From NCBI GenBank assembly GCA_016214995.1, contig JACRML010000058.1, positions 4,194 to 68,193 on the forward strand: 64,000 nt of DNA. The letters run 5' to 3'. The position numbers and the translations under genes were made by a program. Under the pieces are notes generated by a model. The model saw nothing but the letters and a program-made list of their open reading frames with translations. It did no database searches and was not told the origin of the DNA. Shown here piece after piece: positions 16,685 through 26,124 of this stretch; position 1 is the first letter of the stretch, and each line of letters opens with the position of its first letter. This stretch comes from Deltaproteobacteria bacterium. GTDB taxonomy: Bacteria > Desulfobacterota > GWC2-55-46 > UBA9637.

Positions 16685-18007
16685 ATTTTTGATAGAGATA
16701 TCCTTAAGCTTGCGTCTCCAGTATTCTTCGGCATGCTTTCTCAAACCATATTTTATGCTGTTGACACCGCAATGCTGGGAAGGGTTGGTGTGGAGGCATT
16801 GGCAGCGGCCGGTCTCGGCTGGTTCGTTGTCTGGATATTCGGAAGCAGCCTTATGGCTGTGGAGGTGGGAACTCAAAGCCTTGTCGCAAGGAGATTTGGA
16901 GAGGGAGATTGGGAGGCATGCGGAGGGCTTCTTGACAATACCTTATTCTTCACCGTATCATTCGGACTTGTATTTTCTGTTGCAGGCTATCTCCTTGCCC
17001 CAGTGATATTTCCATACCTGTCCGATGATATAAAAATTATTCAGTATGGAATTGATTATCTGAAATACAGTTTCTTATCCATATTCTTTTTTCTCATCAT
17101 TGCCGCATTCAGGGGATTTTTTGACGGCCTTGGCCAACCGCATCTCTTTATGAAGGTTGCTATTGTCATGAATATCTCAAATATTATATTTGACTATGCC
17201 CTCATCTTTGGAAAATTTGGCTTTCCAAGACTTGAGGTAAAGGGTGCTGCCATTGCGTCGCTTATCGCCTCTTTAATAGGCGCTGCCTATTTCTTCAGCC
17301 TGAGTTTGAGAAATGGATTTGCAAGAAGATTCAGATATCTCAGTAGTTATACATTTGATCTGCCTGTTTTAAATTCTATCTTAAGGCTTGCCTTTCCTGC
17401 AATGATTAGGGTATTTTTCATAATGGCAGGGCTTACCATCTTTTTATGGATAGTAGGACGAATAGGTAAAACAGAGCTTGCGGCAAGCAACATACTCATG
17501 ACCCTTTCCTCTTTCACATTCCTCGCTGGTTATGGATTTGCAGTTGCGGCAGCTACTATGGTCAGCCAGAACCTCGGAAAAGGCAATGCGGAAGCTGCGG
17601 AAAGATACGGTTGGGAGGCTGTGAAGCTTGGACTCATATGCATGGGTTTTTTAGGAGTTATATTTATATTATTCCCAAAGATTATGCTTGAGATTTTTAC
17701 TGACCAAACTGCGGTCATAGATACCGGTAAAAACATACTTGTGCTCTTTGGGATAATACAATTTTTTGATGCTGTAAATCTTATCCTTTCCCATGCGCTT
17801 CAGGGTGCGGGCTGCACAAAGTGGGTTATGAAGGTAGAGGGGCTTGTGGTATGGCTTTTGTTTTTGCCGGCAGCATATATATTAAGTGTGGTATTGGGTT
17901 TCGGCCTTTATGGCGCATGGATAAGCATGTTTGCATATAGTTTGATTATGGCATTAAGCATGTTGTGGAAATTTAAGGCTGGCAAATGGAAAGAGGCGGA
18001 GATATAA
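16670..18007 (+). CDS. MATE family efflux transporter
   Basis: 445 aa with 12 predicted TM segments. It has the MATE N-terminal signature ILKLASPVFFGMLSQTIFYAVDTAMLGRVG. Confidence 0.85.
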   Translation: MGCVPIFDRDILKLASPVFFGMLSQTIFYAVDTAMLGRVGVEALAAAGLGWFVVWIFGSSLMAVEVGTQSLVARRFGEGDWEACGGLLDNTLFFTVSFGLVFSVAGYLLAPVIFPYLSDDIKIIQYGIDYLKYSFLSIFFFLIIAAFRGFFDGLGQPHLFMKVAIVMNISNIIFDYALIFGKFGFPRLEVKGAAIASLIASLIGAAYFFSLSLRNGFARRFRYLSSYTFDLPVLNSILRLAFPAMIRVFFIMAGLTIFLWIVGRIGKTELAASNILMTLSSFTFLAGYGFAVAAATMVSQNLGKGNAEAAERYGWEAVKLGLICMGFLGVIFILFPKIMLEIFTDQTAVIDTGKNILVLFGIIQFFDAVNLILSHALQGAGCTKWVMKVEGLVVWLLFLPAAYILSVVLGFGLYGAWISMFAYSLIMALSMLWKFKAGKWKEAEI

Positions 18008-18012
18008 AAGAA

Positions 18013-18072
18013 CAGGCAATGGGCAAGAGGCGCTAGGAAAACCTATAGCAATAGCCCCTCGCCCATAGCCTG
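18013..18072. repeat. Palindrome of GGCAAGAGG/GGCAATAGG-type short units
   Basis: CAGGCAATGGGCAAGAGGCGCTAGG pairs with the reverse complement of CCTATAGCAATAGCCCCTCGCCCATAGCCTG. It belongs to the same family as 34681-34751. Confidence 0.7.
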
Positions 18073-18081
18073 TATTTGAGG

Positions 18082-18594
18082 ATGGTTTTGGAGATTATTG
18101 TAACGCAGGGCAGTCTTTTGGATGCCGATACAGATGCTATTGTAAATGCGGCAAACAGCCTTGGCCTTATGGGTGGCGGCGTGGCAATGGTCATAAAAAA
18201 GGCGGCGGGAGATATGGTGGAAGAAGAGGCAAAAAAACTTGCCCCTATACCGGTTGGCAAGGCAATATTAACAACAGCAGGAAGTCTAAAATTCAAAAGC
18301 ATCATCCACGCACCCACAATGGAAATACCCGGTATTAGGATTGTAGCTGCAAATGTTATAAAGGCGACCAAGGCAGCGCTTAAGCTGGCGGATGAAAATG
18401 GATATTCGGCCATAGCATTTCCAGGTATGGGCACAGGCATTGGTGGTGTAAAAAAATCCGTTGCAGCCAACGCCATGATTGAGACAATAAAAGATTTTAA
18501 TGCGCAGAATCTTAAAAAGGTTATACTTATTGATATAGATAATGAGATGGTGGAGGAATGGCGGCAGGCCGCAGCAGATAAAAAGCAGATATAA
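18082..18594 (+). CDS. Macro-domain protein (ADP-ribose binding / deacetylase type)
   Basis: It reads DAIVNAANSLGLMGGGVAMVIKKAAG ... AFPGMGTGIGG. The TTG at 18076 is an alternative start. Confidence 0.75.
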   Translation: MVLEIIVTQGSLLDADTDAIVNAANSLGLMGGGVAMVIKKAAGDMVEEEAKKLAPIPVGKAILTTAGSLKFKSIIHAPTMEIPGIRIVAANVIKATKAALKLADENGYSAIAFPGMGTGIGGVKKSVAANAMIETIKDFNAQNLKKVILIDIDNEMVEEWRQAAADKKQI

Positions 18595-18678
18595 AAGTAT
18601 CAAAGTGTAATAGTGTTATAGGGACAGAAAGACATTCTCTGATTCTTTGATACCATGCCACCATGCAAAGATAATCAT

Positions 18679-20103
18679 ATGGCCCGAAATTACAGAACAG
18701 AAAGAGACCCTCTGGGCGAGAAAGATGTGCTTATAAATGCCTATTACGGCATCCAGACTGCAAGGGCTATTGAAAACTTTCCCATAAGCGGGATTACTCC
18801 GAAAAAGGAATTCATAACAGCCACAGCAATGGTAAAGAGGGCGACTGCCATTGCCAATATGACAAACGACAACCTTGATAAAAAGATTGGCAAGGCTATT
18901 GTCATGGCAGCGGATGAAATTATCAACGGAAGATTGCATAAAGAATTTATTGTGGATGTTTATCAGGCAGGCGCAGGCACATCCCATAACATGAACGCCA
19001 ATGAGGTGATTGCAAACAGGGCAATAGAGATTCTTGGCGGCAAAAAGGGAAATTACAAGCTCGTCCACCCCAACGACCATGTAAACATGTCTCAGTCAAC
19101 AAATGATACTGTGCCGACCGGCATGAGGATTGCCGGTCTGTTTATGACACACAAATTATTGGCTGAATTAAGGCTTTTGGAAAATACACTCACAGCCAAG
19201 GCAAAAGAGTTTGACGGCATTATTAAATCGGGACGGACCCATCTTCAGGATGCCGTTCCCATAAGGCTTGGGCAGGAATTTCACGCCTATGGCAAAACAA
19301 TTGCAAAGGGAATAAAAAGAATTGAAGCGGCGGAGGCCAGCTTAAAAGAACTCGGCATCGGCGCTACGGCGGCAGGCACAGGCATCAATACACATCCAAA
19401 TTACAGGAAGGAAGTTATACAGGCATTGAGGCATGTTACAGGGATAAAAGGCTTAAGACCTGCTGATGATATGCTTGAGGCAATAAACAGCATGGCTGAT
19501 TTCGTAAATCTGTCCTCGGCATTAAGAGGCCTTGCGATAGAACTTATACGGATTGCAAACGACCTGCGTCTTTTAAGCTCAGGCCCGCGAACAGGTTTTG
19601 CAGAGATAACCCTGCCTCCCGTCCAGCCGGGCTCATCCATCATGCCGGGCAAGGTAAATCCGGTTATGGCTGAGATGCTCAATATGGTCAGTTTTCAGGT
19701 TATGGGCAATGATTTGACTATTGCAATGGCGGCACAGGCAGGACAGCTTGAACTTAATGTGATGATGCCTGTGATAAACCACAATATGCTTCAGTCTCTC
19801 GAGATTCTTAAAAATAGTGTAAAAGCATTTACAGACAGGTGCGTAAAGGGCATAAAGGCAAATAAGACAAGATGCCGGGAGATGGCAGAAAAGAGCGTAG
19901 GCATTGCAACTGTTCTAAATCCGTTTGTTGGTTATCAGGCGGCAGCATCTGTTGCGAAAGAAGCAGTTGCAGGCGGGAAAACCATAAAAGAGATTGTGCT
20001 TAGAAACGGCATACTTTCTAAAAAAGAGATAGAAAAGATATTAGACACAATGGCCATGACAAGGCCAAGGGTTGTCAGAAAAAGTGACAAAGCATCAAAG
20101 TAA
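18679..20103 (+). CDS. aspA: Aspartate ammonia-lyase
   Basis: The N-terminus RTERDPLGEKDVLINAYYGIQTARAIENFPISG is AspA-like rather than fumarase-like (fumarase has LEHF). The GSSIMPGKVNP signature is present. The ATG at 18679 is preferred over the ATG at 18655, which opens the track ORF. Confidence 0.8.
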   Translation: MARNYRTERDPLGEKDVLINAYYGIQTARAIENFPISGITPKKEFITATAMVKRATAIANMTNDNLDKKIGKAIVMAADEIINGRLHKEFIVDVYQAGAGTSHNMNANEVIANRAIEILGGKKGNYKLVHPNDHVNMSQSTNDTVPTGMRIAGLFMTHKLLAELRLLENTLTAKAKEFDGIIKSGRTHLQDAVPIRLGQEFHAYGKTIAKGIKRIEAAEASLKELGIGATAAGTGINTHPNYRKEVIQALRHVTGIKGLRPADDMLEAINSMADFVNLSSALRGLAIELIRIANDLRLLSSGPRTGFAEITLPPVQPGSSIMPGKVNPVMAEMLNMVSFQVMGNDLTIAMAAQAGQLELNVMMPVINHNMLQSLEILKNSVKAFTDRCVKGIKANKTRCREMAEKSVGIATVLNPFVGYQAAASVAKEAVAGGKTIKEIVLRNGILSKKEIEKILDTMAMTRPRVVRKSDKASK

Positions 20104-20116
20104 AGGTGGGCAGAAG

Positions 20117-20205
20117 AACAGGTTAAGCAAAGACAGGTTAAGTAAAGACAGGTTGAGGAAATACTTAACCTTAGCCTCAGCCTTAGCCTAAACCTAAACT
20201 TTAAC
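20117..20205. repeat. Tandem arrays forming an imperfect palindrome downstream of aspA
   Basis: (ACAGGTTAAGYAAAG) x3 with a 15-bp period is followed by CTTAACC TTAGCC TCAGCC TTAGCC TAAACC TAAAC. It is probably a terminator-like hairpin. Confidence 0.65.
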
Positions 20206-20255
20206 ACGGCAAACTAATCAGAATAAAATTCCCTGAAATTCTATCGACGGCACAT

Positions 20256-21200
20256 ATGATGATTAAACGTTACAACTCCCTCTCTGATTTTCTAAAAAAT
20301 AAATTCGGCTGCAAGGTCTTCAAGGTCTCCTTAAATGCAGGCCTCACCTGCCCAAACAGGGACGGCACAAAAGGCAAAGGCGGATGTATTTATTGCAGCT
20401 CTGAACCGATGATGCCTTTGAATTACGATGATAAAATGGGGATACGAGAGCAGCTTTATCAGGGCATTGAATATATAAAACAAAGACATAATGCGGAAAA
20501 ATTTATAGCCTATTTCCAGATAAATACAAATACATATGCGCCTATTTCAAGCCTAAAAAAGTTTTACGAAGAAGCGTTAGACCATCCTGATGTTGTTGGT
20601 CTGGCTGTTTCAACAAGGTCTGATTGCGTGGATAATGAAGTTTTAGATTTGCTGGCAAAGCTTGCAAAAGAAAAATTCCTCTGGCTTGAAATGGGGCTTC
20701 AATCATCTCACAACAAAACCCTTGAACTAATAAACAGGTGTCATACTGCTGAGGATTTTGCCGATGCTGTAAAAATGGCTGACGAGAGAGGCATCCATGT
20801 ATGCGCCCATGTAATCCTCGGCCTTCCCGGAGAAACCAAAGAGGAGATGTTTTCAACAGCCCGCTTTCTGGCCAATCTTGATATATGGGGCATAAAACTG
20901 CATCACCTTCATATACACAAAGGCACGAAACTTGAAGAAATGTATAAGAGGCATGAAATTAAACCCCTTGGGCTCGAGGAATATTCGAATATGGTTGTAG
21001 ATTTTTTACAGGAGATTCCAGAGGATGTTATAATACACAGGCTTTGCGGCGATACAGCAAGAAGGTTTTTGATTGCCCCTGACTGGAGCGTGAATAAATT
21101 TATCATACTTGATAACATTCATAAAATCATGAAACAACGAAACACTTATCAGGGAATAAAAATGAGAGTGCATTGTGAACTGCAAACCGTTCACAGTTAA
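20256..21200 (+). CDS. Radical SAM protein, TIGR01212/YhcC-like family
   Basis: It has the N-terminal pattern KVSLNAGLTCPNRDGTKGKGGCIYCS. Length is 314 aa. Confidence 0.75.
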   Translation: MMIKRYNSLSDFLKNKFGCKVFKVSLNAGLTCPNRDGTKGKGGCIYCSSEPMMPLNYDDKMGIREQLYQGIEYIKQRHNAEKFIAYFQINTNTYAPISSLKKFYEEALDHPDVVGLAVSTRSDCVDNEVLDLLAKLAKEKFLWLEMGLQSSHNKTLELINRCHTAEDFADAVKMADERGIHVCAHVILGLPGETKEEMFSTARFLANLDIWGIKLHHLHIHKGTKLEEMYKRHEIKPLGLEEYSNMVVDFLQEIPEDVIIHRLCGDTARRFLIAPDWSVNKFIILDNIHKIMKQRNTYQGIKMRVHCELQTVHS

Positions 21201-21232
21201 CAGTTTACATATTATATCAAAGGAGGTTTTTC

Positions 21233-22303
21233 ATGTCTGATCCACGTGTAGAGAAGCTTGCAGATATTCTCATCAATTATTCGCTTAAGGTAACCAAGGG
21301 GGAACGGGTTCTGATAAACGCATCTTCAGAACTTGCAAAACCGCTTGTTCTGGAGGTGTATAAAAATGTTCTGAAGGCCGGCGGCCACCCAACGGTAAAT
21401 ATTGCATTTGAGGAGATGACAAATATCTTTTACAATCTGGCCGCAAAAGAGCAGCTTCTGGATTTTCCCAAGGCAAAGTTTTTTGAGGCAAAAGGCGTTG
21501 ACTGCGTTGTAAATATAAGGGCTGCGGCAAATAAAAAAGCTCTTTCCAATGTTGACTCAAAGGCAATCAGCATGCGTAGCAAGGTCTTGATGCCCATACA
21601 GGAAGAGATTGTCAACAGGAAGCGGTGGGTGCTTTGTAATTTTCCAACAAATGCCCTGGCACAGGAGACGGATATGTCTTTGGAGGAATATGAAGATTTT
21701 CTCTACGGCGCAACCAATATAGACTGGGAAAAGGTCAAAAAAGAGGAGATGAAACTTAAGCTGGTTCTGGATAAAGGAAAGATTGTAAGGATAGTTGGTA
21801 AGGACACGGATTTGACTATGAGCATTAAAGGGAGAAAGGCCATCCCATGTTTCGGAGAAAGGAATATGCCGGACGGCGAGGTGTTTTTGTCTCCTGTAGA
21901 AAATTCTGCTGAAGGTAAAATCTACTACGACCTGCCTGCTATATATCAGGGGAAAGAGGTTTTGGGGATTCATCTTAAATTCAAGAAAGGCAAGGTTGTT
22001 GAGGCATCGGCTGAAAAAAACGAAAAATTCCTTATTGCAATGCTGGATACAGACAAAGGGGGGCGGTATCTAGGCGAATTAGGCATTGGCACAAACTATG
22101 GCATAAGGCATTTTTCCAAGGATATTTTATTTGACGAAAAGATAGGCGGCACGGTTCATCTGGCTGTAGGCAGGTCGTATAAAGACGCCGGCGGCAAAAA
22201 TGAGTCTGCAATCCACTGGGATATGATAAAGGACTTGAGAAACGGCGGGGCGATTTATGTGGACGGAAGACTTATCCAGAAAAACGGGAGGTTTTGCTAT
22301 TAG
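21233..22303 (+). CDS. Aminopeptidase, M29 (AmpS/PepS) family
   Basis: It reads ADILINYSLKVTKGERVLI ... GELGIGTNYGI ... GGTVHLAVGRSY. Length is 356 aa. Confidence 0.8.
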   Translation: MSDPRVEKLADILINYSLKVTKGERVLINASSELAKPLVLEVYKNVLKAGGHPTVNIAFEEMTNIFYNLAAKEQLLDFPKAKFFEAKGVDCVVNIRAAANKKALSNVDSKAISMRSKVLMPIQEEIVNRKRWVLCNFPTNALAQETDMSLEEYEDFLYGATNIDWEKVKKEEMKLKLVLDKGKIVRIVGKDTDLTMSIKGRKAIPCFGERNMPDGEVFLSPVENSAEGKIYYDLPAIYQGKEVLGIHLKFKKGKVVEASAEKNEKFLIAMLDTDKGGRYLGELGIGTNYGIRHFSKDILFDEKIGGTVHLAVGRSYKDAGGKNESAIHWDMIKDLRNGGAIYVDGRLIQKNGRFCY

Positions 22304-22667
22304 TAAAATCGCCAACCTCAGTTACAGCTTTCACAATGTCCATGGGCTTAAAGGGTTTCAACAGATACTTAACTCCTGTCTCATTTAAAAACATAAATGT
22401 TTCCATATCGTCATTTCCCGTTATAAACAATACCCTCTGTTTCATGGACGGTATCTTTTCTATGAGTTTCCTATAAAATTCTATTCCGCTCATTACAGGC
22501 ATATCAATATCGCTTATTATGATGTCGTATTCCCTGCTATATGCCATCTTCAATCCTCCCGCACCATTGCTGGCAGCATCAACCTCATAACCCTCTTTGC
22601 AGAATATGATTGCAAGAAGTTCAAGGATAATATGCTCGTCATCTATTATAAGAATACGCCTTCCCAT
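22272..22667 (-). CDS. Stand-alone response-regulator receiver domain (CheY-like)
   Basis: It reads RILIIDDEHIILELL ... IIISDIDMPVMSGIEF ... LLKPF. Its convergent 3' end overlaps the aminopeptidase gene by 32 nt. Confidence 0.8.
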   Translation of the reverse strand: MGRRILIIDDEHIILELLAIIFCKEGYEVDAASNGAGGLKMAYSREYDIIISDIDMPVMSGIEFYRKLIEKIPSMKQRVLFITGNDDMETFMFLNETGVKYLLKPFKPMDIVKAVTEVGDFTNSKTSRFSG

Positions 22668-22735
22668 TATGATATTACCTCCTGCAAACAGGTTGTGATT
22701 TCAAATATTCTTTTCTTTACCCCCGACCCACCCCT

Positions 22736-22885
22736 TTATCCCCTCCCTGGAGGGGAAGGGGGTGGGTCATTGCCTTCATCGGACTTTGAGAATATAAAAC
22801 CGCAATGGGGGCATGGGTTTGGCTCATAAGGGGCTGCAGTCCATGAGTGATTCTTGCATTTTGGGCATATCATCTTTTCTGCCAT
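22736..22885 (-). CDS. 49-aa zinc-ribbon protein (below the ORF-track size cutoff)
   Basis: It translates as MAEKMICPKCKNHSWTAAPYEPNPCPHCGFIFSKSDEGNDPPPSPPGRG, with CxxC...CxxC. Its ATG lies 1 nt after the stop of the upstream ORF. The C-terminal codons lie in a REP-like hairpin (GACCCACCCC...GGGGTGGGTC). Confidence 0.4.
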   Translation of the reverse strand: MAEKMICPKCKNHSWTAAPYEPNPCPHCGFIFSKSDEGNDPPPSPPGRG

Positions 22886-22886
22886 C

Positions 22887-23198
22887 TTATTCGCCTTTTA
22901 CCGCCTTTAGCCCCGAAGGTCTCTTGAGCTTGAATTTCAGTTCGCCGTGCGGCCATTCTTCAAACTTTTCAAATGAAGCAAGTCCGTATCTTTCAAGGGA
23001 AGCCATACTTGATTTAAGCTTCCTGAGCGCCGTCAATCTCCTCCCTATCTTTTCTATTTCTCTAAAGTTTATTTTGCACGAGACATCAATATCGTCCGCG
23101 CTTGCAAGGAGCAGTATGTATAGCTTTAACTCTCCATTTGACAGGAGATGGAAAAAATTTGAGCCGCTGAGATATCGCAAGAGTTCCACCTTGTCCAT
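22887..23198 (-). CDS. Hypothetical 103-aa protein, possibly winged-helix
   Basis: The ORF is divergent from the XRE regulator and tightly coupled to the zinc-ribbon ORF. No motif was recognised. Confidence 0.4.
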   Translation of the reverse strand: MDKVELLRYLSGSNFFHLLSNGELKLYILLLASADDIDVSCKINFREIEKIGRRLTALRKLKSSMASLERYGLASFEKFEEWPHGELKFKLKRPSGLKAVKGE

Positions 23199-23373
23199 AA
23201 ATGCAGTTTCCCCTTTTTTACTCTGATAAAAACTGCCTGATTACACTCAACGAGCCGCAGAATTGGTTATCAAAATAGGATAAATAATCTAGATTGTCAA
23301 GTAAAAAAGGATAATATGAATTGGAATTCATTTGAGTTGACAATATATAAGAAAGGGGATATTTTAAGTTCCT

Positions 23374-23799
23374 ATGGCGATACAAGAAAAGATAGGTAAA
23401 AGACTGCGGGAGATAAGGTTTTCTAAAGGGCTTACCCAGAAGACTATGGCTCAAATGGCAGGGGTAGACTACACATACATAGGAAAAATAGAACGCGCTG
23501 AACAACTTCCATCCCTCGGGGTTCTTATAAAGATATCTGAAGCTCTTTCGTTGCCGCTTGACCGTTTCATTATGGATGAGTCAACCTTGAGGTTGATTAA
23601 TCTCCTGCCCGGAGAGGGTTACAGAGTCGTTCGGAAAAAAGAAATCTGGGATCTCTTGAAAGCGCTGGAAAATATCCACGAGGAAGATATCCCTCTTCTC
23701 ATAGAGATAGTCAGTGTCCTGAAAAAGCATCGGGAGAAAAGGGGGAGGCTGCCCATGGTAGCTGAACTACCTGAAGCATACAGGAAACGGAAGAAGTAA
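23374..23799 (+). CDS. XRE-family helix-turn-helix regulator with C-terminal extension
   Basis: It reads IGKRLREIRFSKGLTQKTMAQMAGVDYTYIGKIERAEQLPSLGVLIKISEAL. Confidence 0.8.
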   Translation: MAIQEKIGKRLREIRFSKGLTQKTMAQMAGVDYTYIGKIERAEQLPSLGVLIKISEALSLPLDRFIMDESTLRLINLLPGEGYRVVRKKEIWDLLKALENIHEEDIPLLIEIVSVLKKHREKRGRLPMVAELPEAYRKRKK

Positions 23800-23817
23800 G
23801 AAACCACAGATAATTTA

Positions 23818-24094
23818 CCCAAAAATAGACATTGATTTTTGGGGAAACCTGCAAGTTGCCTGCCAGACAACACACCCCTAAATCCCCTCTCGAGAGGGGA
23901 CTAAAGGGGTGTGTTATTTACGACGAGCCCTCCCCCTTTATCCCCCTCATGGAGGGGGACAGGGGAGGATACGGTGAGGAGTAAAAATTGGCCGATAACG
24001 AAGTATGGCAGGCAAATCGGCTGGCTCCACTTGCTGCGAAGCAATTGCAAGTGGAAGATGTAAAATAGCGAGTGTTTCAATCGCTATTTTACGG
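23818..24094 (+). repeat. Mosaic multi-hairpin repeat, copy B
   Basis: It has the same terminal modules as copy A. Its internal modules are AACACACCCCTAAATCCCCTCTCGAGAGGGGACTAAAGGGGTGTGTT and CCCTCCCCCTTTATCCCCCTCATGGAGGGGGACAGGGGAGG. It ends 10 nt before the ATG at 24104. Confidence 0.9.
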
Positions 24095-24103
24095 TTTAAA
24101 ACA

Positions 24104-25450
24104 ATGAATAATAGCTATGATGTTATCATAGCAGGCGCTGGACCTGCGGGCATCTTTGCAGCGCTTGAGCTCCTTTCTGCCAAAAAGAACCTCAAGATTC
24201 TTCTTTTGGAAAAAGGCGAAGATCTGCCTGACAGAAAATCTAATGATATATTTCAGGGCTGGGGCGGGGCAGGCACATTCAGCGATGGGAAGCTCAATCT
24301 TTCTACCGGTGTCGGAGGGTTTTTAAATGAATATATCGGGGAAGATGAGCTTGAATCCCTTATAGATTATGTTGACAGGATATTTTTAAAATATGGCGCA
24401 CCTGCTGAACTCCACGGCACAGACGAGGAAGAGGTAAAGAGGCTGGAGGAGATTTCTGCAAGAAACGGGCTTAAGCTTGTGCCGTTTAAGATAAGACATC
24501 TTGGCACAGACAGATGTTTCTCGCTTTTAAAAAATTTAAGGGAAGAGGTAAATGCAAAAATTGATATTCAATTCAACGCCGAGGCAGTTGAGATATGTAA
24601 GCAAGACCATAAAGCGGCCGGCGTCAAAACCAGCGATGGCAGAGAGTTTCTTGGAGATTTTGTAATCCTTGCCCCGGGCAGAAGCGGCTCCCACTGGCTG
24701 AGCGAAGAATCAAAAAGGCTCGGCCTTTCCACAGGCAATAACCCTGTTGATATCGGCGTAAGGGTTGAGGTGGCTGCCTCCATCATGAGACCGATAACAG
24801 ATGTGATGCACGAGGCAAAACTTTTATTTTACTCCAAACGGTTTGACGATTTGGTAAGGACATTCTGCATGAACCCTTACGGCGTTGTGGTAAAAGAAAA
24901 ACACAAAGACTTCTGCACAGTGAACGGCCACAGCTTTTCTACAAAAAAGACCAATAATACAAACTTTGCAATTCTTGCCTCTACAACATTTACAGAGCCA
25001 TTCCATGAACCGATCGCCTACGGCCAGTATATTGCAAAACTCGTCAATCTCCTCGGCGAAGGCATTATCGTTCAGAGACTCGGAGACCTGCTGCAAGGCA
25101 GAAGGTCTACTCCTGACAGGATAAAAAAGGGGAGCGTTAAGCCAACATTGGCAGATGCGACACCCGGCGACCTTTCCTTTGCAATCCCATACCGATATAT
25201 AGCAGATATACTTGAAATGCTGGAGGCGCTGGATAAGGTTGCACCCGGCGTATATTCTACATCTACCCTCCTCTATGGCGCAGAGGTAAAATTCTATTCA
25301 ATGAGGCTCAAGCTTACAAACAATCTTGAAACAGAGATTAAAAACCTGTTTGCAGCAGGCGACGGCGCAGGAATCACAAGAGGCATTATCCATGCAGCAG
25401 TGTCCGGGGTGGTGGCGGCGAGGGAGATTCTGAAAAGAATTGGAAAATGA
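24104..25450 (+). CDS. FAD-dependent oxidoreductase (COG2509-like)
   Basis: It has the dinucleotide-binding motif YDVIIAGAGPAGIFAALEL and FSDGKLN. The track ORF starts at 24005, but those 33 codons are translated repeat sequence. Confidence 0.75.
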   Translation: MNNSYDVIIAGAGPAGIFAALELLSAKKNLKILLLEKGEDLPDRKSNDIFQGWGGAGTFSDGKLNLSTGVGGFLNEYIGEDELESLIDYVDRIFLKYGAPAELHGTDEEEVKRLEEISARNGLKLVPFKIRHLGTDRCFSLLKNLREEVNAKIDIQFNAEAVEICKQDHKAAGVKTSDGREFLGDFVILAPGRSGSHWLSEESKRLGLSTGNNPVDIGVRVEVAASIMRPITDVMHEAKLLFYSKRFDDLVRTFCMNPYGVVVKEKHKDFCTVNGHSFSTKKTNNTNFAILASTTFTEPFHEPIAYGQYIAKLVNLLGEGIIVQRLGDLLQGRRSTPDRIKKGSVKPTLADATPGDLSFAIPYRYIADILEMLEALDKVAPGVYSTSTLLYGAEVKFYSMRLKLTNNLETEIKNLFAAGDGAGITRGIIHAAVSGVVAAREILKRIGK

Positions 25451-25553
25451 GCAACTGATTGAAGATATATGGCTATTGCTTGACTTGTGCCATGCAATTA
25501 GAGAAAACTTGTTAAATATATAGTTAGCCCGCTTCAGATGTTTCAAATATGCA

Positions 25554-26111
25554 ATGAGAGCCACTGACCCCATACGCACCAAGTTCCGCGAAGCCAAATA
25601 CCATTTGGAACGACTCACAGACATCGAGAAGATGAAGGAGTTTTACCCGACGGTAAATGCCTTTCTATCTGCTGCTCGAAGCGTCCTGTCGGTGGCGTGT
25701 CACGAATTGGGCTGGAAAGAAAGACTTTCTTGCTATCGTACAGGGTTTACGACAAATCAGGAAGGCGAACGCAAGCAATACGATGCATGGTTTGAATCAT
25801 CAACTGAGGCAAAGGCGGTTCTTGATCATCCACTTGCTAAAGAGCGGCACGTCGTCATTCACCGCAGTGGTCGAGCTGGTTTCTTCCATGTCCCGAAACC
25901 AATCGGTGGTTTGGCAATCGCCGAGGGAGATGCCCATGGTCCGGGTCTCGTTATTCGTAGAGGACGTGCAACACTTCCTCTCGAAGACAGCAATCTCTTC
26001 TTCTATGAAGACCCCTGTGGCACAAGGCATGGCGCAGTCGCATATTGCATGGAGTATTTCCAACTGATCGAAGCGTTCTTTCGCGAGGTGAAGCAACCAC
26101 CATGGCGATAA
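25554..26111 (+). CDS. Hypothetical protein (185 aa) on a compositionally atypical, cassette-like segment
   Basis: It is the longest coherent ORF in a G+C-richer stretch where 4-5 frames are open simultaneously. No motif was recognised. It is followed 14 nt later by an attC-like palindrome. Confidence 0.5.
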   Translation: MRATDPIRTKFREAKYHLERLTDIEKMKEFYPTVNAFLSAARSVLSVACHELGWKERLSCYRTGFTTNQEGERKQYDAWFESSTEAKAVLDHPLAKERHVVIHRSGRAGFFHVPKPIGGLAIAEGDAHGPGLVIRRGRATLPLEDSNLFFYEDPCGTRHGAVAYCMEYFQLIEAFFREVKQPPWR

Positions 26112-26124
26112 TCTGAGAAAGCGG

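Noticed and set aside
18033-19080. 147-aa and 154-aa minus-strand ORFs (18033-18476, 18616-19080)
   Set aside because: They are antisense shadows of the macro-domain and aspA genes, both of which carry clear family motifs.
18655-20103. Class II fumarase call for this lyase-family gene
   Set aside because: The N-terminal region (..AYYGIQTARAIENFPISG) follows the aspartase pattern rather than the fumarase pattern, so it is called aspA. A family HMM would be needed to be certain.
19935-20207. 90-aa minus-strand ORF (MLKFRFRLRLRLRLSIS...)
   Set aside because: It is a translation of the tandem arrays downstream of aspA, and it is antisense to the aspA 3' end.
23292-23345. ATTGTCAA...TTGACAAT upstream of the XRE gene considered as a second BirA operator
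   Set aside because: The half-sites resemble bioO, but they are 38 nt apart (bioO has 15) and lack the CC/GG extension. They more likely represent -35-like boxes or an XRE operator.
24005-24103. 33-codon N-terminal extension of the FAD oxidoreductase ORF, plus the ORFs at 36951-37139 and 28062-28325
   Set aside because: All three are translations of the mosaic repeat; the same peptide, ..KSAGST.CEAIASGRCKIA.., recurs. The real start of the FAD enzyme is the ATG at 24104, just before the dinucleotide-binding motif.
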